From: Candidatus Multivoradales bacterium
GTDB lineage: Bacteria; Acidobacteriota; Thermoanaerobaculia; Multivoradales; J023
Direction of reading: 5' to 3'
NCBI GenBank assembly: GCA_965248925.1
Contig: CBDFLE010000006.1
Span: 3,401,040-3,465,039, forward strand
Length of the DNA: 64,000 nucleotides
Shown: piece after piece, positions 45,421-55,238 of the stretch
Layout: each line of letters opens with the position of its first letter
How positions within the stretch are numbered: the stretch's first letter is position 1
Notes under the pieces: model-generated
Databases searched by the model: none
Told to the model about the DNA's origin: nothing
Seen by the model: the letters and a program-made list of their open reading frames with translations, nothing else
Translations under genes and position numbers: made by a program

Positions 45421-46989
45421 ATGAAAGTGAACAAGGCGACACTCGGGGTGTGGGCCGCCGTGCTGCTCGGCGGCTGTCTCAGTGAGCCGCCACCGCCGCG
45501 CTTGCCAGCGGGTACCGATATCGTGCTGATCACCGTCGATACGTTGCGGGCGGATCGCCTCGGCGCCTATGGCCACCCGGCCGCGCGGACGCCGAACATC
45601 GACCAGTTGGCGGCTGCAGGGAGGGTCTTTCATCAGGCGACGACCCCCTTTCCCCGCACCACCCCGGCGCTGGCCTCGTTGCTCAGTGGGCTGTGGCCGC
45701 AGCATCATGGTTCGCGAGAAGTGGGCCAGCGGCCGAAGAAGGTGCCGCTGATCTCGGAGCTGCTGCAAGCCCAGGGCTATTTCACCGTCGGGGTCAGCGC
45801 CAATGGCGCCGCCGGCCGACATCAGCAGATGGACCGCGGCTTTGATCTCTTTCTCGACCACCAGGATTTGAAGTCGGGCCGCGCCTCACAGGTTACCCAC
45901 CAGACCGCCGAGTTGCTCGATCAAGTGCCGACCGAGCAGCCGCTGTTCCTCTGGGTGCATTACATCGACCCCCACTTTCCCTACCTGCCGCCACAGGCCT
46001 GGGTGCCGGAAGGGGTCGAGCCTTGCCTCGCCCTGATGCGCGAGCAGCGCCAGACCGTCGGCCGGATCATCAGCAATCGGGATGGCATCGCCGCCGCGGT
46101 GCGCGACGATTGCCTGCGGCTTTACGATGCCGAGTTGGCCTACACCGACGACCACTTGGGCGGGCTGCTCGCAGCCCTCGATGGAGTGAGCAGATTGAAG
46201 GATACGCTGCTGATCTTCACCGCCGACCACGGCGACAACCAGGGCGAGCAAGGGCTGTACTTTCAGCACGGTCCGAATGTCGACGACGCCAGCCTGGTGG
46301 TGCCGCTGATCATTCGCGGACCAGGCATCGAGCCCGGCGCCGACCACGAGGTAGTGCGGCTGGAGGATATCCCCCCCACCTTGCTGAGCTTGCTCGGAGT
46401 ACCCGCGGAAGACTGGCCGCTCTTCGACGGCGAAGACTTCGCGGCTCGCCTGGGCTCACCCTCGGCCCGGCGGCGGCCTGATCAGCGGTTGGCTTTGGCG
46501 GAGAGCGGCAGCTCGCTGATGGTCGAGTCGCACGGCTATCTGCATTCCGGCCGGGCGCACAAGTTCTCTTGCTTGAACGCCCGCCAATATGCACTGTGCA
46601 GCCAAGTCGGGGAAGAGCCCAAGCTGTACGATCATGTGGCCGATCCTGATCTCGAACACGATCTCTCGGCTGAGCTGCCGGCGGTGGTCAGGCGGCTCAG
46701 TGAGGCACGTCAGCTGTGGCCACCGGAGCACGCCCGCGAGCGCACCGCTCGCACGCCGCGTTTCAAACTGGTCGAACGGCCGTTGCTGCAAGGCGGCCAC
46801 CGCCGCTTTCTCTACGATCTGCAGGCCGATCCCGCCGCTGAGCACGATGTGCTGGGTCAGCATCCGGAGGTCGCCCGACGCCTCGGTACCGCGCTCGATG
46901 CCTGGGCCGTCGACTTGCCGATGCACCAGGTACCGGAACGCGACGAGGAAGAGATCGAGGCATTGCGCGCCCTGGGCTACATTCACTGA
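45421..46989 (+). CDS. sulfatase-like hydrolase/transferase lipoprotein (alkaline-phosphatase superfamily; Thr in place of the formylglycine Cys)
   Basis: Lipobox LLGGC. 'DIVLITVDTLRADRLGAYG' metal-binding core. The CxPxR position reads 'TTPAL', so this is not a formylglycine sulfatase but more like an LtaS/EptA-type transferase. Confidence 0.8.
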   Translation: MKVNKATLGVWAAVLLGGCLSEPPPPRLPAGTDIVLITVDTLRADRLGAYGHPAARTPNIDQLAAAGRVFHQATTPFPRTTPALASLLSGLWPQHHGSREVGQRPKKVPLISELLQAQGYFTVGVSANGAAGRHQQMDRGFDLFLDHQDLKSGRASQVTHQTAELLDQVPTEQPLFLWVHYIDPHFPYLPPQAWVPEGVEPCLALMREQRQTVGRIISNRDGIAAAVRDDCLRLYDAELAYTDDHLGGLLAALDGVSRLKDTLLIFTADHGDNQGEQGLYFQHGPNVDDASLVVPLIIRGPGIEPGADHEVVRLEDIPPTLLSLLGVPAEDWPLFDGEDFAARLGSPSARRRPDQRLALAESGSSLMVESHGYLHSGRAHKFSCLNARQYALCSQVGEEPKLYDHVADPDLEHDLSAELPAVVRRLSEARQLWPPEHARERTARTPRFKLVERPLLQGGHRRFLYDLQADPAAEHDVLGQHPEVARRLGTALDAWAVDLPMHQVPERDEEEIEALRALGYIH

Positions 46990-47075
46990 GCAAATGTTAA
47001 GCAAGCTCAGGGTGGATTCAAAATGCGACTAGAGCATAGAATATTCTTCTACTGTCCGTGGAGAAACCGAATCTG

Positions 47076-47852
47076 ATGTCCGTTGCCACCGCCAAACCTC
47101 AGCTGTCGATCGTCATTCCGGTGGTCGACGAGGCTGAGAACATCGCCTCGGTGTTCGCTGAGCTGCAAGGCAAGCTGGCGCGTCATGGTGGCTATGAGGT
47201 GGTATTTGTCGACGACGGCAGCCGCGATTCGACGGTCGAAGAGATCCAACAGCTGATCGCTGAGCACCCCCATGTGCGGCTGGTGCGCCATCGCGGCAAC
47301 TGCGGCAAGAGCGCGGCGCTAATCACTGGTGCCACCGCCGCGCGGGCCGATTGGGTGGTCAACATGGATGGCGACGGCCAGAACGATCCTGACGACCTAT
47401 GGCGCCTGGTCGAAGCCTCGCGCCGCGCCGATGCCCCGGCCGATCTGCTGCTGGTGGCCGGACAGAGGCGCAAGCGCAACGACACCCGGTTGAAGCAAAT
47501 TTCCTCTAGAGTCGCCAATCGCGTGCGTCGTGGGATCACCGGCGATCCCACTCCCGATGCCGCTTGCGGTTTGAAGCTCTACCGCCGCGATGTCTTCTTG
47601 CAGTTGCCGCGTTTCGACAACATGCACCGCTTTCTCTCGGCGCTCTTTCTGCGCCACGGTGGCAGTGTGGTGTCGGTTCTGGTGGAGGATCGGCCACGGG
47701 CCGCGGGCCAATCGAAGTACGGCTTTTTCGACCGCCTGTGGGTCGGCATTGCCGATCTCTTCGGGGTGATGTGGCTGCAACGCCGGCGGTTGCGCGCCGA
47801 CTTGCTCGACGACCAAGACTTGTCCGCCGATGAGACGGAGCATTGCCGATGA
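47076..47852 (+). CDS. family-2 glycosyltransferase (polyprenol-phosphate sugar transferase, ArnC/DPM1-like)
   Basis: 'LSIVIPVVDEAENI', 'VFVDDGSRD' (DxD-type) and 'VNMDGDGQNDP' motifs. Start could instead be GTG 47058. Confidence 0.85.
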   Translation: MSVATAKPQLSIVIPVVDEAENIASVFAELQGKLARHGGYEVVFVDDGSRDSTVEEIQQLIAEHPHVRLVRHRGNCGKSAALITGATAARADWVVNMDGDGQNDPDDLWRLVEASRRADAPADLLLVAGQRRKRNDTRLKQISSRVANRVRRGITGDPTPDAACGLKLYRRDVFLQLPRFDNMHRFLSALFLRHGGSVVSVLVEDRPRAAGQSKYGFFDRLWVGIADLFGVMWLQRRRLRADLLDDQDLSADETEHCR

Positions 47853-48136
47853 AAATGGAAACCATCTGGCTACTGGTCGGCTTCGCCGGTCAGGGCTGTT
47901 TCTTCATGCGCTTTCTGGTGCAGTGGATCTCCAGTGAGCGGCAGCAGAAGAGCGTCATCCCGGTGGCGTTCTGGTACTTCAGCATTTTCGGCGCGCTGAT
48001 CATCCTGGCTTATGCCATCCATCGTGGCGACCCGGTCTTTATCGTCGGTCAAACTACCGGCTTGCTGATCTACACCCGCAATCTAATGTTGCTCAGCCGC
48101 GAAAAGCAGAAAAAGGGCGCCGCCGCTGGGCAGTAG
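47843..48136 (+). CDS. LAB_N-type small membrane protein (lipid-A-biosynthesis N-terminal domain family)
   Basis: 'VIPVAFWYFSIFGALIILAYAIHRGDPVFIVGQ' matches the LAB_N pattern. Overlaps the GT2 stop. Confidence 0.65.
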   Translation: MPMKMETIWLLVGFAGQGCFFMRFLVQWISSERQQKSVIPVAFWYFSIFGALIILAYAIHRGDPVFIVGQTTGLLIYTRNLMLLSREKQKKGAAAGQ

Positions 48137-49870
48137 CTACTCGCCGCTGGCGACCAGCAGCCGCAGCTTCTCGGGCAGGCGCAGGGGGCGGTAGACCTGC
48201 TGCCATTCGAGCCTGCCATAGGCCTTGAGCCGGCCGCTGGCGATGCCCGCGGGGGTAGCGGCGACGTAGCCTTCCCAGCCAGTCTTCATTGCCCCCCTGC
48301 CTTTGCTCTTGGCCACGGAAGGACGGTGGATGCCGGTGATCAACTCGCCACGCACCCGACCCTCGTTGTCGATCAGCAAGACTTCGGCGACCCGCCCCTC
48401 GGGCGCCCAGGCCCAGCCCTTGAGGCGTAGCAGGCGGCCGCTGCCCACCTTGACCACTTCGCTGATGTAGCCCTGTAGCTGGAGGCCGGGTTTGGGCACC
48501 AGCCGGGTGGGATCTACCGTCCGTGGTTCGGGCGGCGCGAGCTGACGATCAAAGGGAACATGGCCAGTGGCGCGGAGGAAGGGCTCGACCTCCCAGACCT
48601 GCTGTGGGCTAGGGGTCATCGAGCGCTGGATCAGCGCATCGTCGTGGTAGCCGCGGCGCAGTGATAGGGCAGTCACCGGTTGCCGCGAGGCGCGGTTGAC
48701 GAAGGCGTCGAGGGTTTGCAGGCCGCGGCGGTAGTGGTTCAGCTCCAGGCCACCGACGATCAGCACGAAAGCCGTCGTCGTGGCCATCGCCAGTCGTGGA
48801 TGGCGCTGCCTGAGGGCGTGCAGCAGCAGCGCCGCCAGCACCAACAAGCCGATCCAATACAGACCCGGAAGGGAGGCGTAGCGCGAGGCCAGAGCCTGCG
48901 CCTCTCCCTTGCCAGAGCGGCCGATCGCCGTTCCCAGGGCGCTGGCAAAGGCGTAGATCTGCAACATCACGAAGGGCACTGCTAGTCGTCGCAGGGCGCG
49001 ATCTCCCCAGACCCACAGCAGTCCGAGGCCCACCGGCCAGGCGGCCAGCGCCGCCCAGCCGAGCCAGATGGCGCGATGCGGCTGGGTGGTGAACAGCGAG
49101 CCCATGTAGATCCCCAGATAGCGCCAGAGAGTGCCGAAGTCGGAGGTGTTGGGCTCGGGGTGGGCCGGCATCACCTTGAAGCGCAGGAAAACCACCAGAT
49201 AGACCGCCACGGCTGCAAGCGCCAGCAGGGCGAGCTGGCGGCGATCGCGGCGCAAGGCGATGGCACCGACCAAGAGGGCGGGCCACATCGCCAGGCTAGT
49301 GCTGTAGGACAGTGCTCCCACCAGACCCATGGCGGTGATTGCCAGCAGCGGCTTCAGCTGGCCAGCGTCGGTGCGCCGTACCAGGACGGTGATCGACAGC
49401 ACCGCCAAGGCATTGGCCAAGAACCACTGGGTGCCGCTGAAGGCCATGGCGACGTTGTGGGCCGCCACCGGGGTGAAGGCTAGGGAAGCAACGATAAACG
49501 CCAGGCCGGCGTGCTCCCAAGGCGAGCCCCTGAGCGGTGGCGGCAGCAGTCGATAGAGGCAGCCCGCCACCAACGCCATCAAGGCCAAAGTGAACAACGC
49601 CAGGGTGCGATTGGTGCCGGCGAAGAGGTAGGTGTTGAGGACGTAGATCAGGGTCGGGAAAGTGGCTCGGTGCTCGTTCGACTTGACCGTCAACCAGGTG
49701 CCGAGGTCATGGGTCAGATGATCACCGTCGAGCACTCGGGCGAGGATGCCGTAGTAGTCGTTGTTTTGCAGCGTGCCGAAGCTCGGCCAGTGGAGCAGAT
49801 AGACCAGTGGCGGCAGGATCAGCGCGGCCCACACGAAGGCCTTGCGCAGGGCTGGAGAGGAGAGGCTCAT
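48137..49870 (-). CDS. polytopic membrane protein, probable GT-C-fold glycosyltransferase (ArnT/PMT-like), function unproven
   Basis: >10 predicted TM helices followed by a ~150-aa soluble C-terminal domain. Start chosen at MSLSSP (49870); the ORF extends to 50089. Confidence 0.55.
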   Translation of the reverse strand: MSLSSPALRKAFVWAALILPPLVYLLHWPSFGTLQNNDYYGILARVLDGDHLTHDLGTWLTVKSNEHRATFPTLIYVLNTYLFAGTNRTLALFTLALMALVAGCLYRLLPPPLRGSPWEHAGLAFIVASLAFTPVAAHNVAMAFSGTQWFLANALAVLSITVLVRRTDAGQLKPLLAITAMGLVGALSYSTSLAMWPALLVGAIALRRDRRQLALLALAAVAVYLVVFLRFKVMPAHPEPNTSDFGTLWRYLGIYMGSLFTTQPHRAIWLGWAALAAWPVGLGLLWVWGDRALRRLAVPFVMLQIYAFASALGTAIGRSGKGEAQALASRYASLPGLYWIGLLVLAALLLHALRQRHPRLAMATTTAFVLIVGGLELNHYRRGLQTLDAFVNRASRQPVTALSLRRGYHDDALIQRSMTPSPQQVWEVEPFLRATGHVPFDRQLAPPEPRTVDPTRLVPKPGLQLQGYISEVVKVGSGRLLRLKGWAWAPEGRVAEVLLIDNEGRVRGELITGIHRPSVAKSKGRGAMKTGWEGYVAATPAGIASGRLKAYGRLEWQQVYRPLRLPEKLRLLVASGE

Positions 49871-49892
49871 GGCGGCAAGCGACTCGTTGGGC

Positions 49893-50603
49893 TCAGCTGC
49901 TGGCCGAAGGTGCCGGTTGGGCCTCGGCGGCGAGTGGCTCGACCTCTCGCCACTCGGCGCCGCCATCGACGAAATGCTCTTTCTTCCAGATCGGAACTTC
50001 GTGTTTGAGCCGTTCCAGAGCCTCGCGGCTGGCGCTATAGGCCGCTTCGCGGTGAGGTGAGGCGGCGACGATGACGACGCTGGTATCACCCGCCCGCACC
50101 TCGCCCAGCCGGTGGACGATCGCCACTCGCAAATCGTCGCCGGCCGCTTCGCTCTCGCTGACGATGCGCTCGATGGCTTTGGTGGCCATCGAGCGATAGG
50201 CGCTGTAGCCCAGGTGGCTTACCGGTCGTCCTTGGTGGCTGTCGCGGACGACGCCGTGAAAGGTCAGGAGGGCGCCGCGCCGTGCTGAGCGGACCTGGGC
50301 CTCGACCGCCGCACTATCGATCGGGCCATCGATCAACACCGCGGCAGCGGGTTCGCCGGAGCCGCCTGAGACTGGCGGTAGCAGGGCCACTTCACAGCCC
50401 TCTTCGAGGGCCGGATCATCCCGCACCAGCTGGCCGTCGATGGCTACCGCCAGCCGCGGCCAGATGGCCTCGAACTCGCGGTGGCGGCGGCGCAGTTCGG
50501 TGGCTACGGCGCTCAGCCGAGAGTCCCGCGGCAGCTCTAGTTCGAACTCTTCATGACCGAGTAGGTCGCCAGCGGTGGCGAAGGCCACGACACGGATTTT
50601 CAT
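49893..50603 (-). CDS. molybdopterin synthase MoaD-MoaE fusion protein
   Basis: N-terminal ~80 aa MoaD/ThiS-like ending 'LLPPVSGG'. C-terminal MoaE-like 'LLTFHGVVRD…SPHREAAY…VPIWKKE'. Confidence 0.8.
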   Translation of the reverse strand: MKIRVVAFATAGDLLGHEEFELELPRDSRLSAVATELRRRHREFEAIWPRLAVAIDGQLVRDDPALEEGCEVALLPPVSGGSGEPAAAVLIDGPIDSAAVEAQVRSARRGALLTFHGVVRDSHQGRPVSHLGYSAYRSMATKAIERIVSESEAAGDDLRVAIVHRLGEVRAGDTSVVIVAASPHREAAYSASREALERLKHEVPIWKKEHFVDGGAEWREVEPLAAEAQPAPSASS

Positions 50604-50687
50604 GGTCGGAATGCTAGCAGGTTGTCCCCCCGTTCGCCTTGGTTGGCTTGCGGGTGATGGCGCGGTGGCAGCGGTTTTCTCGCGTAC

Positions 50688-52169
50688 TCAGCTCGCGGTC
50701 TTGGGGCGGGCGAAGTAGAGCTTGCGGCTGCCGCCCAAGATCTCCAAGGTGTCGAGAACTTGCCAGCGTGCGGTGAGCAGGCGCTCGAAAACTTCAAGTT
50801 CGTAGTCCCGATAGATGTCCGGCTTGTTGCGCAGCAGCCGTTTGACCATCGGATCGTTCTTGGCGACGAACTCGATCACCAACTCGGCGCCGAGCCCGTG
50901 CAGCCAGTCGAGGACCTCGCCCAAGGGCAGATGGGCGCTGATCACCAGATGGTGGATCAGCGCCAGGGCGAGCACTAAATCGGGCTGTCGGCGTTGGTCG
51001 AGGGCACGGCGCTCGCGACCGCGCCAGCCGCGGGCCGGCGAGAGGTCGGCAAGGTTGCAATAGAGTGGCAAGATGTTGTCGGGACCGTCGGTCGACAGCG
51101 CCCGATACATACGCTCTACTGCCAGGTGATCGCCGTCGAGGGCTACCACGTAGTCAGCGTGGCGAGCGACGATGCGGCTGTAGTCGCCGGTGTTGGCGCC
51201 CAGATCCCAGGCCAGCTGCCGCCTTTTACCTGCGGCGGCGCGCTCGACGAAGTCGGCCTTTTTCCGTCGCTCGGACTCGTCGTAGCTGTTGTCGCTGGCG
51301 TAGCCGCCCCATTCCGAGGCGCCGCGCCGCCAGCGCAGCTTGCCGATCAGCCGTTGCAAGCGGGTGACATTGGCGGTAATGACCTCTTTCTTGAAGGCGG
51401 TTTTCTTCAGCTCTGCGCGCACCGACTGATCGCCAGCGGCATTGTGCGCCTGCAACTTGGCTTGCAGATAGACATCGGCCAAGACTCCGGGGCGCAGGCG
51501 GTCGCGGAGTGAGAACAGACGGTTAGCTTGTTCGGGGGTGATGCCATCGATGGCGCCACGCAGCCAGGGTTGGAAGGGCAAGTCACGGTGGGCGGTGAGT
51601 AGCAGCGGGAATAGGAACAGCTGGCAGAACTGCAAATAACCGACCCAGGGCTCGCCGGGTTGCCAGGGCTCGAAGGAGGCGATGTCGATGAAAGTTGGCC
51701 GCCGGCCGACGAATTGGATGTTGTAAGCGCTCGCGTCTTTGAGCGTCAAATCCTCGGCCAGCGCCTCTCGTAGCAGCTCCAGCTGGAGCAAGGCGCCATC
51801 GCGCAGCATGCTGAAACACCACTCGTAGGGATAGGAGAGGAAAGGAATCTTGGCGTGCTCGAGGACTCCTGTCCAGCGCTCGATGCCCGCCGGGGTGACG
51901 GTCTGCAACACCGCCGGGTCGAGTTTGGCTTCGCGGGTCTCGACCAGCTTGCCGGCGGCCACCGCGCGGGTGAATAGACCGCTCTTGGCCAGTACCCGCC
52001 AAGCCGCCCAGGCGTCGGCGCTCAGCGCTCGGTAGATCTTGTCTTGGTGATGAAAAACCCGGCCCTGGCGGTCACGGAAGGAACCGCCGTCCAGCTGCGC
52101 GCTGCTGGGCTGAGGGGCGCTGGGGCGAGAATCGGTCAATCGGGCACCGTCAGGAGCCAGGTTCGTCAT
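50688..52169 (-). CDS. class-I SAM-dependent methyltransferase with a large N-terminal domain
   Basis: Motif-I-like 'AWDLGANTGDYSRIVA' and 'YVVALDGD'. Confidence 0.65.
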   Translation of the reverse strand: MTNLAPDGARLTDSRPSAPQPSSAQLDGGSFRDRQGRVFHHQDKIYRALSADAWAAWRVLAKSGLFTRAVAAGKLVETREAKLDPAVLQTVTPAGIERWTGVLEHAKIPFLSYPYEWCFSMLRDGALLQLELLREALAEDLTLKDASAYNIQFVGRRPTFIDIASFEPWQPGEPWVGYLQFCQLFLFPLLLTAHRDLPFQPWLRGAIDGITPEQANRLFSLRDRLRPGVLADVYLQAKLQAHNAAGDQSVRAELKKTAFKKEVITANVTRLQRLIGKLRWRRGASEWGGYASDNSYDESERRKKADFVERAAAGKRRQLAWDLGANTGDYSRIVARHADYVVALDGDHLAVERMYRALSTDGPDNILPLYCNLADLSPARGWRGRERRALDQRRQPDLVLALALIHHLVISAHLPLGEVLDWLHGLGAELVIEFVAKNDPMVKRLLRNKPDIYRDYELEVFERLLTARWQVLDTLEILGGSRKLYFARPKTAS

Positions 52170-52362
52170 GCTCGGTCTTCTTGATCCCGAATAGGCTCAG
52201 TAGCTTGCTCCAATAGAGCTTGAGCAGCACCGCAATTCCAGCGACTCCGCCGAGAATCATCTGCACCACCATGCTGCCCGACGCTGGATCTAGATAGGCG
52301 TGGGCCGAGGGCGCCAGGAGAATCGATAACAGGGCAAAGAGCGTCAGCAAGGGGCGACACAT
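52150..52362 (-). CDS. small membrane protein (70 aa), hypothetical
   Basis: Two hydrophobic helices. Overlaps the methyltransferase start by 20 nt. Confidence 0.35.
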   Translation of the reverse strand: MCRPLLTLFALLSILLAPSAHAYLDPASGSMVVQMILGGVAGIAVLLKLYWSKLLSLFGIKKTEHDEPGS

Positions 52363-52420
52363 GGGTGGATCTCCAGGCAGCTAGCGAGTTGGGGATGACC
52401 AGTTGGGGATAGCGACGGCT

Positions 52421-52457
52421 CGACAGTGGATCGACAGTGGATCGACAGTGGATCGAC
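52421..52457. repeat. 11-bp tandem repeat (cgacagtggat x3.3) carrying helically phased GATC sites, in a divergent promoter region
   Basis: Direct reading: cgacagtggatcgacagtggatcgacagtggatcgactg. Confidence 0.8.
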
Positions 52458-52561
52458 TGTTTTTCGGTCTAGTGGTGATCTTCGCACCCGCTGCCAAACG
52501 GTGTCAACAAGCCCCGGTGGGTTGGCGCAGAGCCTATAATCCACCCCCTAGGAGGAATCGC

Positions 52562-54226
52562 TTGAATATCTTGGCCGACAACTTGAAGCGCGACGAACGC
52601 ACCGCCCGCTGGCTGGCGGAGTGGCATGAGGCAATCGATTCCCTGAACGAAGAAGCCGCGACCATCCGCCAAGGCGGCGGTGAGCGGCGCCAAGCGCGGC
52701 AACAGGCCAAGGGCAAGATGCTGGTGCGCGAGCGGGTGGCGGCAGTGTGCGATGCTGATTCGACATTTCTCGAACTCGGTCTGTGGGCGGGTTGGGGGAT
52801 GTACGAAGAGCACGGCGGCGCGCCGGCTGGTGGGGTGGTCGTCGGCCTGGGTCGCATTCACGGCCGCGAGGTGATGGTGGTGGCCAACGACGCCACGGTG
52901 AAGGCCGGCGCCTGGTTTCCGATCACCTGCAAGAAGATCCTGCGCGCCCAGGAGATCGCTTTGGAGAACCGGCTGCCGCTGGTCTATTTGGTCGACTCGG
53001 CCGGGGTCTACCTGCCATTGCAAGACGAGGTCTTCGCCGACCGCGACCATTTTGGCCGGGTGTTCTACAACAACGCCCGCCTGTCGGCCGAGGGCATCTT
53101 CCAGGTGGCGGCGATCCTCGGCTCCTGCGTTGCCGGCGGTGCTTATCTGCCAGTGATGAGCGACGAGTCGCATATCGTCGAAGGCACCGGCTCGATCTTC
53201 CTCGCCGGCTCCCATCTGGTACGGGCGGCGATCGGCGAGCAGATCGACAATCAAGACCTTGGTGGCGCCGCAGTGCAGGCCGACATCTCTGGGGTGGTCG
53301 ATCATCGCCATCCTGACGAGCAGACCTGCCTGGCGGCGGTGCGGCGCAACTTCGAGCGCCTCGGCGAGGCCGAGCGCGGGCCCTTCGTGCGCCGTGAGCC
53401 TTGCGCGCCCCTCTACCCGGTCGAGGAGATCTGCCGGGTGCTGCCGATCGCTCGCTCCCGTCCCTACGACACCCGCGATCTGCTGGCCCGCTTGCTCGAT
53501 GGCAGTGAGTTCGACGAGTTCAAAGCGACCTATGGCCAGACCATCGTCTGTGGCACCGGTTTCATCGATGGCTGGGCGGTCGGGGTGGTGGCCAACCAAC
53601 GCGCCGTGGTCAAGCGTCGCACCGGTTTGGAAGCGCAAGAGCAGGAGTTGCAGATCGGCGGCGTGATCTACTCAGACTCCGCCAACAAAGCAGCTCGTTT
53701 CGTGCAGCTCTGCAACCAGAAGAAAATTCCTCTGTTGTTCGTCCAAGATGTTACCGGATTCATGGTGGGTAGCCGTGCTGAGCGCGGTGGGATTATCAAA
53801 GACGGTGCCAAGTTGGTCAACGCGGTGGCCAACTCGGTGGTGCCCAAAATCACCTTATTCGTCGGCAACTCCTACGGCGCCGGCAACTACGCCATGTGCG
53901 GCAAAGCCTTCGGTGCGCGCTTCCTCTACGCCTGGCCGTCGGCGGCGATCGCGGTGATGGGTGGTGCGCAGGCTTCGAAAACCTTGCTCGGTATTCAACT
54001 CAAGAATCGCGGCGACGAGGTGACCGAAGGCGAGAAGCAGGCACTGCTAGAGCGCATCCAAAGCCGCTTTGCCGAGGCCGCCCAGGCCCGCTACGCCGCC
54101 AGCCGGCTGTGGATCGACGACATCATCCGCCCCCAGGACACCCGCCAAGTGCTAGCTCGCAGCTTGGCAGCGGTGGCCGCCAACTCCCGCCTGGCGGATT
54201 TCAAGACCGGCGTCTTGCAGACCTGA
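52562..54226 (+). CDS. acyl-CoA carboxylase carboxyltransferase (beta) subunit (PccB/MccB-like)
   Basis: Carboxyl-transferase domain hallmarks throughout. Start taken at TTG 52562 with GGAGGA 6 nt upstream; the ATG-initiated ORF starts at 52403. Confidence 0.85.
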   Translation: MNILADNLKRDERTARWLAEWHEAIDSLNEEAATIRQGGGERRQARQQAKGKMLVRERVAAVCDADSTFLELGLWAGWGMYEEHGGAPAGGVVVGLGRIHGREVMVVANDATVKAGAWFPITCKKILRAQEIALENRLPLVYLVDSAGVYLPLQDEVFADRDHFGRVFYNNARLSAEGIFQVAAILGSCVAGGAYLPVMSDESHIVEGTGSIFLAGSHLVRAAIGEQIDNQDLGGAAVQADISGVVDHRHPDEQTCLAAVRRNFERLGEAERGPFVRREPCAPLYPVEEICRVLPIARSRPYDTRDLLARLLDGSEFDEFKATYGQTIVCGTGFIDGWAVGVVANQRAVVKRRTGLEAQEQELQIGGVIYSDSANKAARFVQLCNQKKIPLLFVQDVTGFMVGSRAERGGIIKDGAKLVNAVANSVVPKITLFVGNSYGAGNYAMCGKAFGARFLYAWPSAAIAVMGGAQASKTLLGIQLKNRGDEVTEGEKQALLERIQSRFAEAAQARYAASRLWIDDIIRPQDTRQVLARSLAAVAANSRLADFKTGVLQT

Positions 54227-54250
54227 TTCGGATCAGAGCCCCGAAAGACC

Positions 54251-54808
54251 GTGAACAAGAACTTTCAGAAGGTCACGAAAGTGGAAGGCGCTCGGTGCCA
54301 GTTGGAGACCGCGGCGCAGTTGTTCTTTGACTCTGGAGACCTGCTTTCAATTCACACTCTTGTGGGAGCCGCTTCGGGAGTGCTTCAGGATATTGCGACA
54401 CAGCGCCAACTAGAGCCACTTCTACTCGATAAGCTCGTCGGAGACCTTCCGGGTGCGCTACAAGGGGAAGTGCGGCGGGCTCTGAGATCTCAGCAGAACT
54501 TCTTGAAGCATGCGGATAAGGACGGAGAAGATAGTAGTTTTGATTTTTCGAAGGGCATCACTCCGATAATGCTTTTTAACGCAATTGCGGATCTAGAGAG
54601 AAGTGACGATGATATATCTCTTGTTCTCAGAGCTTTTAAATATTGGTTTTGTGTCAACAACTATAAGGGAGGTGTTTTATCGTATTCTAAATCCTGGATC
54701 GATTGCTTCGACTTGAAATTCGGAAACTTGCACAGTTTGTCGAAGAGAGAATTCTTAGAGGGGTTCTTGGACCACAGTCAGCCAGGAGATGGCAAGGTGT
54801 CCACTTGA
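54251..54808 (+). CDS. hypothetical protein in an AT-rich patch (possibly foreign)
   Basis: The second half of the ORF is conspicuously AT-rich relative to the window. No domain recognised. Confidence 0.45.
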   Translation: MNKNFQKVTKVEGARCQLETAAQLFFDSGDLLSIHTLVGAASGVLQDIATQRQLEPLLLDKLVGDLPGALQGEVRRALRSQQNFLKHADKDGEDSSFDFSKGITPIMLFNAIADLERSDDDISLVLRAFKYWFCVNNYKGGVLSYSKSWIDCFDLKFGNLHSLSKREFLEGFLDHSQPGDGKVST

Positions 54809-54867
54809 GCGGTTCGCCGAGTTCGCTCAGGATGAGCGATGGTAAGGACAAAGATACTATTAAAGCC

Positions 54868-55223
54868 TCATGCTTCTTGCGCCACCTCCGGCGCAGAACC
54901 TTCGACCCACCGCCGCCAGCTGAACTTGACATCTTCGAGGATGTAGTAAGCCGCCAGCACCAGCAGTACGACGAAGGTGAAGAAGAGCAAGCCGAAGGCG
55001 ATGGATGTGTCCATCGGGATCCGGAACTGAGCCTCGACGCGCTTCTCGAGCAGCAGCGGCACGATGCCGACGAAGGCGGTCAGGACGATCGGCCGGAAGC
55101 GTTTTTTGCTGGCGTCGCGAATGGCGCTGGCCAACGGTGAGCCGCACGGGTAGGCGAGGTTGACGAAATCGACCATCACCAAGCTGTCGTTGACTACTAC
55201 GCCGGTGAAAGCGGGCCGTGCTA
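54868..55223 (-). pseudogene. 3' remnant (last ~115 codons) of an RND efflux transporter (AcrB/CzcA family)
   Basis: 'VVNDSLVMVDFVN…RFRPIVLTAFVGIVPLLL…' equals an RND C-terminal TM11-12 region. The frame is closed by a stop immediately upstream, with no N-terminal 900+ aa present. Confidence 0.6.
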
Positions 55224-55238
55224 CTCACCGCGGACCAC

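Noticed and set aside
54226-54245. Short hairpin ctgattcggatcag after the carboxyltransferase stop, as an intrinsic terminator
   Set aside because: Only a 5-bp stem, not followed by a T-tract, and overlaps the stop codon. Too weak to call.
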